Assembly (NCBI GenBank): GCA_043827405.1
Contig: JBDRPD010000003.1
Span: forward strand, 93,914 to 157,913
Direction: 5' to 3'
DNA: 64,000 nt
DNA from: Elusimicrobiota bacterium
GTDB lineage: Bacteria; Elusimicrobiota; Elusimicrobia; UBA1565
Positions 63,821 to 64,000 of this stretch are shown piece by piece; the first letter of the stretch is position 1, and each line of letters begins with the position of its first letter. The notes beneath the pieces were generated by a model, which was given only the letters and a program-made list of their open reading frames with translations, was not told the origin of the DNA and ran no database searches. A program made the translations under genes and the position numbers.

Positions 63821-64000
63821 GTGAAGCCACCGTATGCTGCTATTCTCGATGTGGGACATGGGAACTGCGCCGTCATCGTAGATTCCGGCGGAGTTGTTGT
63901 AATCGATGCTGGTCCGGGCTCGGGCCTCCTGGAATTCTTGACCAGAGAAGGTATCACGCATATTAACACCGTCATCATCTCACATGCGGATACTGACCAT
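63821..64000 (+). CDS. ComEC/Rec2-like metallo-beta-lactamase-fold hydrolase (partial)
   Basis: Manual translation from GTG 63821: MKPPYAAILDVGHGNCAVIVDSGGVVVIDAG...ISHADTDH, open to the window end. Confidence 0.82.
   Translation, partial: MKPPYAAILDVGHGNCAVIVDSGGVVVIDAGPGSGLLEFLTREGITHINTVIISHADTDH

Larger units (their letters stand above)
51830..64000. mobile_element. Putative integrated genomic island (boundaries approximate; continues beyond the window)
   Basis: Visible drop in GC3; excisionase, tyrosine recombinase, primase-helicase and methyltransferase defence genes; no att site identified. Confidence 0.7.

Overview
High-GC bacterial chromosome segment. Its pilin-like domain style and many signal-peptide proteins with Ala/Pro-rich leaders suggest Elusimicrobiota; this is an impression only. 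The standout is a tightly coupled operon at 6670-12125: a long-chain polyprenyl diphosphate synthase, a PqqD/MftB-like RRE, three paralogous MftC/PqqE-like radical SAM enzymes lacking the SPASM cysteine motif, a MenA/UbiA prenyltransferase, and a 36-aa ORF missing from the ORF track (11035-11145, MNEKNIAIKVEKLEWETPCLEEVSQRVMAQPYIRFT) that looks like a RiPP precursor. It plausibly makes a polyprenylated, peptide-derived product, possibly a membrane redox cofactor, and I do not recognise it as a described pathway. The operon is bracketed by a REP-like inverted-repeat doublet and a RAYT-type Y1 transposase carrying the same repeats. Other notable items are a 1432-aa signal-peptide protein fusing a class I nucleotidyltransferase-like domain to an RNase II/R domain, and a LolA-like/MMPL-cNMP/outer-membrane barrel operon. 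The middle holds housekeeping and repair genes (topA, typA, dnaB, csp, uvsE, tag, Nudix) and toxin-antitoxin genes. From about 51.8 kb to the end lies a lower-GC island with an AlbA_2/HATPase protein containing 11-bp tandem repeats, a primase-helicase, an excisionase, a divergent tyrosine recombinase and a methyltransferase / GHKL-histidine kinase / receiver / MBL hydrolase putative defence operon. No tRNA, rRNA or CRISPR array was recognised. All family calls are from motif recognition by eye; no searches were run.
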